From positions 24,422-79,636 of the forward strand of contig JAQGDQ010000930.1 in the NCBI GenBank assembly GCA_030141605.1: 55,215 bases of DNA. Reading direction: 5' to 3'. Source of the stretch: Tubiluchus corallicola. Taxonomy: Eukaryota > Animalia > Priapulida. Positions 1 to 12,879 of the stretch are shown here, piece by piece. The position numbers and the translations under genes were made by a program. Position 1 is the first letter of the stretch, and every line of letters starts with the position of its first letter. The notes under the pieces are model-generated. The model saw nothing but the letters and a program-made list of their open reading frames with translations. It had not been told where the DNA came from and did not search any database.

Positions 1-645
1 TATATGTACTGCTGTAATATGAGTACTTTCAATCAAGTACTCATTAATAAACAACTTATGCTAGAATCTACTATATGTACTGCTGTAATATGAGTACTTT
101 CAATCAAGTACTCATTAATAAACTACTTATGCTAGAATCAACTATATGTACTGCTGTAATATGAGTACTTTCAATCAAGTACTCATTAATAAACAACTTA
201 TGCTAGAATTAACTATATGTACTGCTGTAATATGAGTACTTTCAATCAAGTACTCATTAATAAACAACTTATACTAGAATTAACTTCTTGTACTGCTGTA
301 ATATGAGTACTTTCAATCAAGTACTCATTAATAAACAACTTATGCTAGAATCAACTATATGTACTGCTGTAATATGAGTACTTTCAATCAAGTACTCATT
401 AATAAACTACTTATGCTAGAATCAACTATATGTACTGCTGTAATATGAGTACTTTCAATCAAGTACTCATTAATAAACAACTTATGCTAGAATCTACTAT
501 ATGTACTGCTGTAATATGAGTACTTTCAATCAAGTACTCATTAATAAACTACTTATGCTAGAATCAACTATATGTACTGCTGTAATATGAGTACTTTCAA
601 TCAATCACTCATTAATAAATGACTTATGCTAGAATCAACTATATA
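1..645. repeat. 71-bp tandem repeat (~9 copies, truncated by window start) with internal hairpin
   Basis: TATATGTACTGCTG recurs at 1, 72, 143...; each unit has ATGAGTACTT-tcaatc-AAGTACTCAT (10-bp perfect inverted repeat). Confidence 0.95.
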
Positions 646-683
646 CAAATAGAGGGAATGTATTCTGTACATAGTTATTAAAA

Positions 684-988
<305 letters not shown>

Positions 989-1597
989 GTGCTGTTCCTG
1001 CAAAATTTCACCTTTCCATTATTTGTACTGGGAAGCCACAAGAAGCCAGATTATACGTGTATTGTTAACAGTTTTCCCCCAGGCAAATACAAATATTATC
1101 ACCATATTATGGGTATTCGTATTGAAACACGGAGCCTTTGATGTGACAGTGTAATTAAAAGTTGCCTATCTAAATTAATGCAACTGACTGACGCGATAAT
1201 TACAGCGCCATTTTGCGACTGTGAAACATTTCAGAAACATGGTAATCTAATTAGTTATCAATTTGTAAACGTCAAATTATACATAAAAATAGAAAACATA
1301 GAATGTGGATGAAAACCGCATGTGTTATAACTAACGTACACAAGGACTAAGCCGAGTTCTTTCCTCGGGCTTCTTTTCTGTGGAATTTTCTATTAGGAAA
1401 TTATTTCCCTAATCAGATTCAAGTAGAATCTCAATTGACACGCTCTGTCACTTGCAAATAAACATGCGATTCTGTTTCCCTTTGACTTGTATTCATAATT
1501 TCACTTGTTTACTGTAATAATTTACCTTGAGTGGCTTACGTGGCTAATGTCTTAGTGATTTGTATAAATGTCTGAAAAAGTCAACTATTTCTGCTAC

Positions 1598-2253
<656 letters not shown>

Positions 2254-3785
2254 ATACTAGGAAAATTTGTTACAATGAAAGTTTGGTACAAGGAAAGTGT
2301 GATACTAGGAAAATTTGTTACAATGAAAGTTTGGTACAAGGAAAGTGTGGTAGTAGGAAAATGTGATACAATGAAAGTTTGGTGCAAGGAAAGTTTGGTA
2401 CTTAGAAAACTTGATACAATGAAAGTTTGGTGGTAGGAAAATTTGATACAATGAAAATTTGGTACAAGGAAAGCTTGGTAAAAGGGAACTTTGGTACTAG
2501 GAAAATTTGTTACAATGAAAGTTTGGTACAAGGAAAGTGTGGTAGTAGGAAAATTTGATACAATGAAAGTTTGGTAGTTAGAAAATCTGATACAATGAAA
2601 GTTTGGTGGTGGGAAAATTTGATAAAATGACAGTTTGGTAATAGGAAAATTTGATGCAATGAAAATTTGGTACAAAGAAAGAATGGTACTATGAAAATTT
2701 GATACAATGAAAATTTGGTACAAGAAAAGTTTGGCACTTAGAAAATTTGATACAATGAAAGTTTGGTGGTAGGAAAATTTGATAAAAGGGCAGTTTGGTA
2801 ATAAGAAAATTTTACACACTGAAAATTTGGTACAAGGAAAGAATGGTACTAGGAAAATTTGATGCAATCGAAATTTGGTACAAGGAAAGAATGGTTCAAG
2901 GAAAGTTTGATACAAGGACAGTTTGGTACTAGGAAAATTTGATCCAAGGACAGTTTGGTAATAGGAAAATTTGATGCAAGGAAAGTATGGTTCAAGGAAA
3001 ATTTGAAACAAGGACAGTTTGGTGGTAGGAAAATTTGATAAAAAAACAGTTTGGTAATAGGAAAATTTGATGCAATGAAAATTTGGTACAAGGAAAGTGT
3101 GGTAGTAGGAAAATTTGATAAAATGAAAATTTGGTACAAGAAAAGTTTGGTAGTTAGAAAATTTGATACAATGAAAGTTTGGTGGTAGGAAAATTTGATA
3201 AAAGGACAGTTTGGTAATAGGAAAATTTGATGCAATGAAAATTTGGTACAAAGAAAGAATGGTACTATGAAAATTTGGTACAATGAAAATTTGATACAAT
3301 GAAAGTTTGGTACAAGGAATGTTTGAAAGTTTGGTACTGGGAAATTTAATACAATGAAAGTTTGGTGGTAGGAAAATTTGGTAAAAGGACAGTTTGGGGT
3401 AATAGGAAAATTTGACACAATGAAAATTTGGTACAAGGAAAGAATTGTACTAGGAAAATTTGATGCAATCAAAATTTGGTACTAGGAAAGAATGGTGCAA
3501 GCAAAGTTTGATACAAGGACAGTTTGGTACTAGGAAAATGTGATCCAAGGACAGTTTGCTAATAGGAAAAATTGAAGCAATAAAAATTTCGTACATGGAA
3601 AGAGCAGTGTTAGGACAATTTGATACAAGGAAAGTATGGTAATAGGAAAATTTTATGCAAGGAAAGTTTGGTACTATGCAAATATCTTTTACATGACCTA
3701 CCAGAAAGGCAATAGAGGTTCATATAGCTACATTCGTTTTTATTTGGTACCATATTTACTTGTACCAAACTTTCCTAGATTCCGT
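2254..3785. repeat. degenerate minisatellite of ~16-22-bp modules (GGAAAATTTGATACAATGAAAGTTTGGTAC) ending in an inverted module; possibly a non-autonomous Helitron/Helentron-like element
   Basis: modules repeat through 2254-3680; inverted copy TTGTACCAAACTTTCCTAGATTCC at ~3760-3783; TE class is inference. Confidence 0.75.
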
Positions 3786-3951
3786 GTAACAGTACCATGC
3801 AATCTTTACAAGTGTGGTACATATGCTTCATTGCATGTCATGCTGTTTCATTTCGTTGCATTTCAATCTGCCTAAGTACGTAGCAATCCTTTGAGCTACA
3901 ATTCTCGTGCAACTATTGCATTCTTGAAAACCTTATTATATCTTTTCAGAA

Positions 3952-4141
3952 ATGGCGAAAGGTCACCTGTTCCCGAGAAGAGCAAGGGATCGAGCCACTT
4001 TCCTCTTCATGCTGATTGGAATTCCGTTCGGTCTCTGCTTCGAACTGTTTGTCGTGTTACCGGTCTATCACGACACATACCTCTGCTCAGCTGTGATTGT
4101 GCACCTTATTGCAACAGCCTTCATCACTGCAAATGTTGCAG
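3952..4141 (+). CDS. ZDHHC24: DHHC palmitoyltransferase (ZDHHC24-like), coding exon 1
   Basis: acceptor ttttcag ends 3949, ATG 3952, two TM segments (FLFMLIGIPFGLCFELFVVL; AVIVHLIATAFITANVA), donor G|GTAAGT at 4142, phase 1. Confidence 0.85.
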
Positions 4142-4279
4142 GTAAGTGCCTTGTTGCCAAGGTAACAAAAGCAAACTGAGGTGAAGTGCCCGTCAGAGAA
4201 AATTATTTGTTTAAGTAGAAGATTTCCGGTATTGCTACTGTTTTATTACTGGCACTTAGCTTTGTTTGATGATTTTGGA

Positions 4280-4763
4280 AACAAAAATTAGAATATTCTC
4301 AGCCTTAGTTGACACTGTATTTCTGTATAACTCTGAGCTCTGGACATTAAAAGCAAATCATAAAGCTGAAATCGATGCATTTCAAAGGCGAAATTACAGA
4401 AACATTTTGGGTATTAGATGGCCAAAGAAAATTTCAAACAAAGATCTATATGAAAAAATAAAAGAAGAACCTTGGACAAGAAAAATAAAAAGACACCGTT
4501 TAAGATGGATTGGGCATATGCTTAGACTACCTGATGATGTTCCAGTGAAGATAGCTCTTCAACAGGCCATAGAACCAGCTAAAAAACCTGCAGGAGGACA
4601 AATGTTAACATATCTAGATTTTGCACAGAAATATTTAAACACTTCAGCATTGATCCTAAGAAATAAATGCACTTGGGGCATTGCGGCGAGCAGGGAGTCC
4701 TGGCATAGAGAGGTGAGCAGAATCATGTCCCTGGACGTGTGATTCATTGGATGATGATGATGA
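4280..4763 (+). mobile_element. RTE-clade LINE 3' fragment (RT C-terminal region) in ZDHHC intron 1
   Basis: KIRIFSALVDTVFLYNSELW...IDAFQRR..ILGIRWP..RLRWIGHMLR is typical of non-LTR ORF2 C-termini; (TGA)n tail at 4751-4763; a more degraded related piece follows to ~5070. Confidence 0.85.
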
Positions 4764-5269
4764 AACCAGTATCTGTATAACGAAGTCAAGGCAGAGAAAT
4801 GGACAGTTAAAATCAAATGGAGAAGATTAAGATGGATAGGACATTAAAATCAATTAATTGAATCAAATCAATTGACAGCCTATTAAAATCAATTTTCAAA
4901 TAAACACTGCAGAAAGAAAAGAAATACAAGGAGGACAGCTGCTGACTTACATCAATTTCATCAATATTATTAACACACCATTAGATATCAAAATACAAAA
5001 ACATGGGAGGTGACAGGGCAGTGTGGAGTAAAGTGACAGCAAGGGTTCATCTTACAAGACGTGTGGTGGTGATTAGATTTGTTTAATCTAATTTAATCTA
5101 TTTGTTTAACCAAAATTCATGAAACTTTTTGCCCATACAAACCTTTTAAAAATGTTATAGGGTTATTGCTTCTTCTGGTGAGTGCTGCATGTTTCAGTTT
5201 TGCATGATTATATGAGTAAAGTTTGTTGACAATTTAAATATTTAAACCTTTGTCTCATTAGTCTGTGTT

Positions 5270-5860
5270 TAGAATGATTTACTAGCAGAATCTTGCTTGG
5301 GAACAAGAAAAAATGAACTAGGTAAGATTCTAGCCTAGCTGTTAAAACTGTTACTATTACAACAGCGGTAGAGATTTCTGTGAATTTTAAAAGTAATTTA
5401 CATGACATGCGTAAAGCAAAGCCGTCTGCCACGTCAATTCAGCACTTCAGTTGTTTTAAGTGGATTTTACTTAATTACCCATTAGACTGAATGTAAAGTG
5501 ATTTACTACCAGGATCTTGCTTGGCAACAAGAAAAGGTTCTAGTTAGCTGTTAAAACCGTTACTATTACAATAGCATAGGCTGCGAGATGTTATCAAGTG
5601 TACACAAATGCATTGTCTGCACACTTAACCTTTGACCTTTTCATGATCATCATCAATCACTGGAATTGTGAAAAGCTTTATTAGACCAAAAGCATGCGTG
5701 CGTGACAGAAAAAAGGTCACAGATCCGTAAGTGAAAACCTTACACATAACCTTTGACCTTTTCATGATCATCATCAATCGCTGGAATTGTGAAAAGCTTT
5801 ATTAGACCAAAAACACGTGTACGAGACAGAAAAAAGGTCATAGATCCGTAAGTGAAATCC
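5270..5860. repeat. unclassified interspersed repeat, also present at ~20678-21005; includes a ~121-bp tandem duplication
   Basis: GTAGAGAT..CTGTGAATTTTAAAAGTAATTTACATGAC...CATTAGACTGAATG shared with 20678-20810; AACCTTTGACCTTTTCATGATCATCATCAATC at ~5627 and ~5748. Confidence 0.75.
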
Positions 5861-5879
5861 GTATTTTGCATCATTTCAG

Positions 5880-6122
5880 CCAATCTCTACTGGGTGATAA
5901 CGACCGACGCTTCGGGTAACGACATCAACTTGCCGTACGTGCTACGCCCTGGATGGAGATACTGTCACATCTGTCAGCTAAATTATCCGCCGCGGTCGTA
6001 TCACTGCGACGACTGCAAAGAGTGCGTGATGAAACGTGATCACCATTGCATGTTCACCGGATGCTGCGTTGGCCATAGCAACCACCGATATTACTACATT
6101 GCTGTTATGTACTTATGGATAG
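5880..6122 (+). CDS. ZDHHC24: ZDHHC24-like exon 2, DHHC cysteine-rich domain
   Basis: tttcag acceptor at 5879; WRYCHICQLNYPPRSYHCDDCKECVMKRDHHCMFTGCCVGHSNHRYY; donor G|GTAGTG at 6123; phases 1/1 fit the neighbouring exons. Confidence 0.95.
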
Positions 6123-6149
6123 GTAGTGGAAGTGATCTTTTTACTAATT

Positions 6150-9100
6150 TATACTCGTATAACGGTTTGCCAGACCTCGTTTTTCCAGATATCGGAAAAT
6201 TCGGACAAAATTTGGTTCATTAAAAGTCCTACATACTATGCACACAGTCCGTTGTTTCGCGAGCTGACCACTAGTTGGTGGGCCATCACCTTGTTTACAT
6301 CCAAACAGCATGTAATGACACATGTGTAGCTGACCACTAGTTGGAGGGCCGTCACTTTGTTTACATCCAAACAGAGTGTAACGACATGCGTGTAGCTGAC
6401 CGCTGGTTGGCAGGCCGTCACTTTGTTTACATCCAAACAGCATGTAATGACACATGTGTAGCTGACCACTAGTTGGAGGGCTGTCACTTTGTTTACATCC
6501 AAACAGCATGTAATGACACATGTGTAGCTGACCACTAGTTGGTGGGCCATCACTTTGTTTACATCCAAACAGTATGTAATGACACATGTGTAGGTGACCA
6601 CTAGTTGGCGGGCCGTCACTTTGTTTACATCCAAACAGCATGTAATGACACATGTGTAGCTGACCACTAGTTGGAGGGCCATCACCTTGTTTACATCCAA
6701 ACAGCATGTAATGACACATGTGTAGCTGACCACTAGTTGGTGGGCCGTCACTCTGTTTACATCCAAACAGCATGTAACAACACATGTGTAGCTGACCACT
6801 AGTTGGTGGGCCGTCACTTTGTTTACATCCAAACAGCATGTAATGACACATGTGTAGGTGACAACTAGTTGGAGGGCCATCACTTTGTTTACATCCAAAC
6901 AGCATGTAATGACACATGTGTAGGTGACCACTAGTTGGCGGGCCGTCACGTTGTTTACATCCAAACAGCATGTAATGACACATGTGTAGCTGACCACTAG
7001 TTGGCGGGCCGTCACGTTGTTTACATCCAAACAGCATGTAATGACACATGTGTAGGTGACCACTAGTTGGTGGGCCGTCACTTTGTTTACATCCAAACAG
7101 CATGTAACGACACGTGTAGCTGACCACTAGTTGGAGGGCCGTCACTTTGTTTACATCCAAACAGCATGTAACGACACGTGTAGCTGACCACTAGTTGGAG
7201 GGCCGTCACCTTGTTTACATCCAAACAGCATGTAATGACACATGTGTAGCTGACCACTAGTTGGAGGGCTGTCACTTTGTTTACATCCAAACAGCATGTA
7301 ATGACACATGTGTAGCTGACCACTAGTTGGTGGGCCATCACTTTGTTTACATCCAAACAGCATGTAATGACACATGTGTAGCTGACCACTAGTTGGTGGG
7401 CCATCACTTTGTTTACATCCAAACAGCATGTAATGACACATGTGTAGCTGACCACTAGTTGGAGGGCCGTCACTTTGTTTACATCCAAACAGCATGTAAT
7501 GACACATGTGTAGCTGACCACTAGTTGGTGGGCCGTCACTTTGTTTACATCCAAACAGCATGTAATGACACATGTGTAGCTGACCACTAGTTGGTGGGCC
7601 ATCACTTTGTTTACATCCAAACAGCATGTAATGACATGTGTGTAGGTGACCACTAGTTGGTGGGCCGTCACTTTGTTTACATCCAAAGAGCATGTAATGA
7701 CACATGTGTAGCTGACCACTAGTTGGTGGGCCATCACTTTGTTTACATCCAAACAGCATGTAATGACACATGTGTAGGTGACCACTAGTTGGCGGGCCTT
7801 CACTTTGTTTACATCCAAACAGCATGTAATGACACACGTGTAGCTGACCGCTAGTTGGCGGGCCGTCACTTAGTTTACATCCAAACAGCATGTAATGACA
7901 CGTGTAGCTGACCACTAGTTGGAGGGCCGTCACTTTGTTTACATCCAAACAGCATGTAATGACACATGTGTAGCTGACCACTAGTTGGCGGGCCGTCACT
8001 TTGTTTACATCCAAACAGCATGTAATGACACGTGTAGCTGACCACTAGTTGGCGGGCTGTCACTTTGTTTACATCCAAACAGCATGTAATGACACGTGTA
8101 GCTGACCACTAGTTAGAGGGCCGTCACTTTGTTTACATCCAAACAGCATGTAATGACACATGTGTAGCTGACCACTAGTTGGAGGGCCGTCACTTTGTTT
8201 ACATCCAAACAGCATGTAATGACACATGTGTAGCTGACCACTAGTTGGAGGGCCGTCACCTTGTTTACATCCAAACAGCATGTAATGACACATGTGTAGC
8301 TGACCACTAGTTGGTGGGCCGTCACTTTGTTTACATCCAAACAGCATGTAACAACACATGTGTAGGTGGCAAGTAGTTGGAGGGCCGTCACCTTGTTTAC
8401 ATCCAAACAGCATGTAATGACACATGTGTAGGTGACCACTAGTTGGCGGGCCGTCACGTTGTTTACATCCAAACAGCATGTAATGACACATGTGTAGGTG
8501 ACCACTAGTTGGCGGGCCGTCACGTTGTTTACATCCAAACAGCATGTAATGACACATGTGTAGCTGACCACTAGTTGGTGGGCTGTCACTTTGTTTACAT
8601 CCAAACAGCATGTAATGACACATGTGTAGGTGACCACTAGTTGGTGGGCCGTCACTTTGTTTACATCCAAACAGCGTGTAACGACACGTGTGTAGCTGAC
8701 CACTAGTTGGCGGGCCGTCACTTTGTTTACATCCAAACAGCATGTAACGACACGTGTGTAGGTGACCACTAGTTGGCGGGCCGTCACGTTGTTTACATCC
8801 AAACAGCATGTAATGACACATGTGTAGGTGACCACTAGTTGGCGGGCCGTCATGTTGTTTACATCCAAACAGCATGTAATGACACATGTGTAGGTGACCA
8901 CTAGTTGGCGGGCCGTCACGTTGTTTACATCCAAACAGCATGTAATGACACATGTGTAGCTGACCACTAGTTGGCGGGCCGTCACTTTGTTTACATCCAA
9001 ACAGCATGTAATGACACATGTGTAGGTGACCACTAGTTGGCAGGCCGTCACTTTGTTTACATCCAAACAGCATGTAATGACACATGTGTAGCTGACCACT

Positions 9101-12100
9101 AGTTGGCGGGCCGTCACTTTGTTTACATCCAAACAGCATGTAATGACACATGTGTAGCTGACCACTAGTTGGCGGGCCGTCACGTTGTTTACATCCAAAC
9201 AGCATGTAATGACACATGTGTAGCTGACCATTAGTTGGAGGGCCGTCACTTTGTTTACACCCAAACAGCATGTAATGACATGTGTAGCTGACCACTAGTT
9301 GGTGGGCCATCACCTTGTTTACATCCAAGCAGCATGTAATGACATGTGTAGCTGACCACTAGTTGGCGGGCCTTCACCTTGTTTACATCCAAACAGCATG
9401 TAATGACACATATGTAGCTGACCACTAGTTGGAGGGCCGTCACTTTGTTTACATCCAAACAGCATGTAATGACATGTGTAGCTGACCACTAGTTGGAGGG
9501 CCGTCACTTTGTTTACACCCAAACAGCATGTAATGACACATGTGTAGCTGACCACTAGTTGGTGGGCCGTCACTTTGTTTACATCCAAACAGCGTGTAAT
9601 GACACATGTGTAGCTGACCACTAGTTGGTGGGCCGTCACTTTGTTTACACCCAAACAGCATGTAATGACACATGTGTAGCTGACCACTAGTTGGTGGGCC
9701 GTCACTTTGTTTACATCCAAACAGCATGTAATGACACGTGTGTAGCTGACCACTAGTTGGTGGGCCGTCACTTTGTTTACATCCAAACAGCGTGTAATGA
9801 CACATGTGTAGCTGACCACTAGTTGGTGGGCCGTCACTTTGTTTACATCCAAAGAGCATGTAATGACACATGTGTAGCTGACCACTAGTTGGTGGGCCAT
9901 CACTTTGTTTACATCCAAACAGCATGTAATGACACATGTGTAGGTGACCACTAGTTGGCGGGCCTTCACTTTGTTTACATCCAAACAGCATGTAATGACA
10001 CACGTGTAGCTGACCGCTAGTTGGCGGGCCGTCACTTAGTTTACATCCAAACAGCATGTAATGACACGTGTAGCTGACCACTAGTTGGAGGGCCGTCACT
10101 TTGTTTACATCCAAACAGCATGTAATGACACATGTGTAGCTGACCACTAGTTGGCGGGCCGTCACTTTGTTTACATCCAAACAGCATGTAATGACACGTG
10201 TAGCTGACCACTAGTTGGCGGGCTGTCACTTTGTTTACATCCAAACAGCATGTAATGACACGTGTAGCTGACCACTAGTTAGAGGGCCGTCACTTTGTTT
10301 ACATCCAAACAGCATGTAATGACACATGTGTAGCTGACCACTAGTTGGAGGGCCGTCACTTTGTTTACATCCAAACAGCATGTAATGACACATGTGTAGC
10401 TGACCACTAGTTGGAGGGCCGTCACCTTGTTTACATCCAAACAGCATGTAATGACACATGTGTAGCTGACCACTAGTTGGTGGGCCGTCACTTTGTTTAC
10501 ATCCAAACAGCATGTAATAACACATGTGTAGGTGGCAAGTAGTTGGAGGGCCGTCACCTTGTTTACATCCAAACAGCATGTAATGACACATGTGTAGGTG
10601 ACCACTAGTTGGCGGGCCGTCACGTTGTTTACATCCAAACAGCATGTAATGACACATGTGTAGGTGACCACTAGTTGGCGGGCCGTCACGTTGTTTACAT
10701 CCAAACAGCATGTAATGACACATGTGTAGCTGACCACTAGTTGGTGGGCCGTCACTTTGTTTACATCCAAACAGCATGTAATGACACATGTGTAGCTGAC
10801 CACTAGTTGGTGGGCCGTCACTTTGTTTACATCCAAACAGCATGTAATGACACGTGTGTAGCTGACCACTAGTTGGTGGGCCGTCACTTTGTTTACATCC
10901 AAACAGCGTGTAATGACACATGTGTAGCTGACCACTAGTTGGTGGGCCGTCACTTTGTTTACACCCAAACAGCATGTAATGACACATGTGTAGCTGACCA
11001 CTAGTTGGTGGGCCGTCACTTTGTTTACATCCAAACAGCATGTAATGACACGTGTGTAGCTGACCACTAGTTGGTGGGCCGTCACTTTGTTTACATCCAA
11101 ACAGCATGTAATGACATGTGTGTAGGTGACCACTAGTTGGCGGGCCGTCACCTTGTTTACATCCAAACAGCATGTAACGACACGTGTGTAGGTGACCACT
11201 AGTTGGTGGGCCGTCACTTTGTTTACATCCAAACAGCATGTAATGACATGTGTGTAGGTGACCACTAGTTGGTGGGCCGTCACTTTGTTTACATCCAAAC
11301 AGCATGTAATGACATGTGTGTAGGTGACCACTAGTTGGCGGGCCGTCACCTTGTTTACATCCAAACAGCATGTAATGACACATGTGTAGCTGACCACTAG
11401 TTGGTGGGCCGTCACTTTGTTTACATCCAAACAGCATGTAATGACACATGTGTAGCTGACCACTAGTTGGTGGGCCATCACCTTGTTTACACCCAAACAG
11501 CATGTAATGACACACGTGTAGCTGACCACTAGTTGGAGGGCCGTCACTTTGTTTACACCCAAACAGCATGTAATGACACATGTGTAGCTGACCACTAGTT
11601 GGTGGGCCGTCACTTTGTTTACACCCAAACAGCATGTAATGACATGTGTAGCTGACCACTAGTTGGTGGGCCATCACCTTGTTTACATCCAAGCAGCGTG
11701 TAATGACATGTGTAGCTGACCACTAGTTGGCGGGCCATCACCTTGTTTACATCCAAGCAGCATGTAATGACACATGTGTAGCTGACCACTAGTTGGAGGG
11801 CCGTCACTTTGTTTACATCCAAACAGCATGTAATGACACATGTGTAGGTGACCACTAGTTGGAGGGCCGTCACTTTGTTTACACCCAAACAGCATGTAAT
11901 GACACATGTGTAGCTGACCACTAGTTGGTGGGCCGTCACTTTGTTTACATCCAAACAGCGTGTAATGACACATGTGTAGCTGACCACTAGTTGGTGGGCC
12001 GTCACTTTGTTTACACCCAAACAGCATGTAATGACACATGTGTAGCTGACCACTAGTTGGTGGGCCGTCACTTTGTTTACATCCAAACAGCATGTAATGA

Positions 12101-12741
12101 CATGTGTGTAGGTGACCACTAGTTGGCGGGCCGTCACCTTGTTTACATCCAAACAGCATGTAATGACACATGTGTAGCTGACCACTAGTTGGTGGGCCGT
12201 CACTTTGTTTACATCCAAACAGCATGTAATGACACATGTGTAGCTGACCACTAGTTGGTGGGCCGTCACCTTGTTTACACCCAAACAGCATGTAATGACA
12301 CACGTGTAGCTGACCACTAGTTGGAGGGCCGTCACTTTGTTTACATCCAAACAGCATGTAATGACATGTGTGAAGCTGACCACTAGTTGGAGGGCCGTCA
12401 CGTTGTTTACATCCAAACAGCATGTAATGACACATGTGTAGCTGACCACTAGTTGGTGGGCCATCACCTTGTTTACACCCAAACAGCATGTAATGACACA
12501 CGTGTAGCTGACCACTAGTTGGAGGGCCGTCACGTTGTTTACATCCAAACAGCATGTAACGACACGTGTGTAGCTTGTATGTCAACGTGTTTAGTGGTTT
12601 AATCGGCATGTGTGAGTGGTTTAGAGTCAATTATGCGGAGTTATTTGAGTCAACTGCCGACAGTTTTTATATACCTTTGCAATCGGCAACTTCGGACCGA
12701 CGTCTCCCCACTTTTATCCGGCAAACCGAGATATGAGTGTA
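6150..12741. mobile_element. putative TIR DNA transposon/MITE enclosing the 66-bp satellite
   Basis: TATACTCGTATAACGGTTTGCCAGA (6150-6174) matches the reverse complement of 12717-12741 (TACACTCATATCTCGGTTTGCCGGA) at 20/25; TA at both outer ends. Confidence 0.6.
6261..12574. repeat. 66-bp satellite, ~96 copies, in ZDHHC intron 2
   Basis: consensus GCTGACCACTAGTTGGHGGGCCGTCACTTTGTTTACATCCAAACAGCATGTAATGACACATGTGTA; some 64-bp variants. Confidence 0.98.
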
Positions 12742-12879
12742 CTAAAAAAACTGGGAAAGAAAAAAAATTGACAGACATGATGTTTTAGAATTTCGTTGCG
12801 TACCATCTTCTGATGAAATGAGCGAAAGATAAATTGACAAAAAGAAGAGAAGGAATTTACTATTCCCACACAATCTAAA

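Noticed and set aside
6144-12630. Long minus-strand ORFs (MCHYMLFGCKQSDGPPTSGQLH and CVITCCLDVNKVTAHQLVVSYT repeats) as a Cys/His repeat protein
   Set aside because: The 66-bp period is a multiple of 3, two overlapping frames are open equally, 64-bp units shift the frame repeatedly, and there is no unique N- or C-terminal domain
12805-12835. Hammerhead-like CTGATGA...CGAAA
   Set aside because: No pairing in stem II (AATGAGC) and no stem I or cleavage-site geometry
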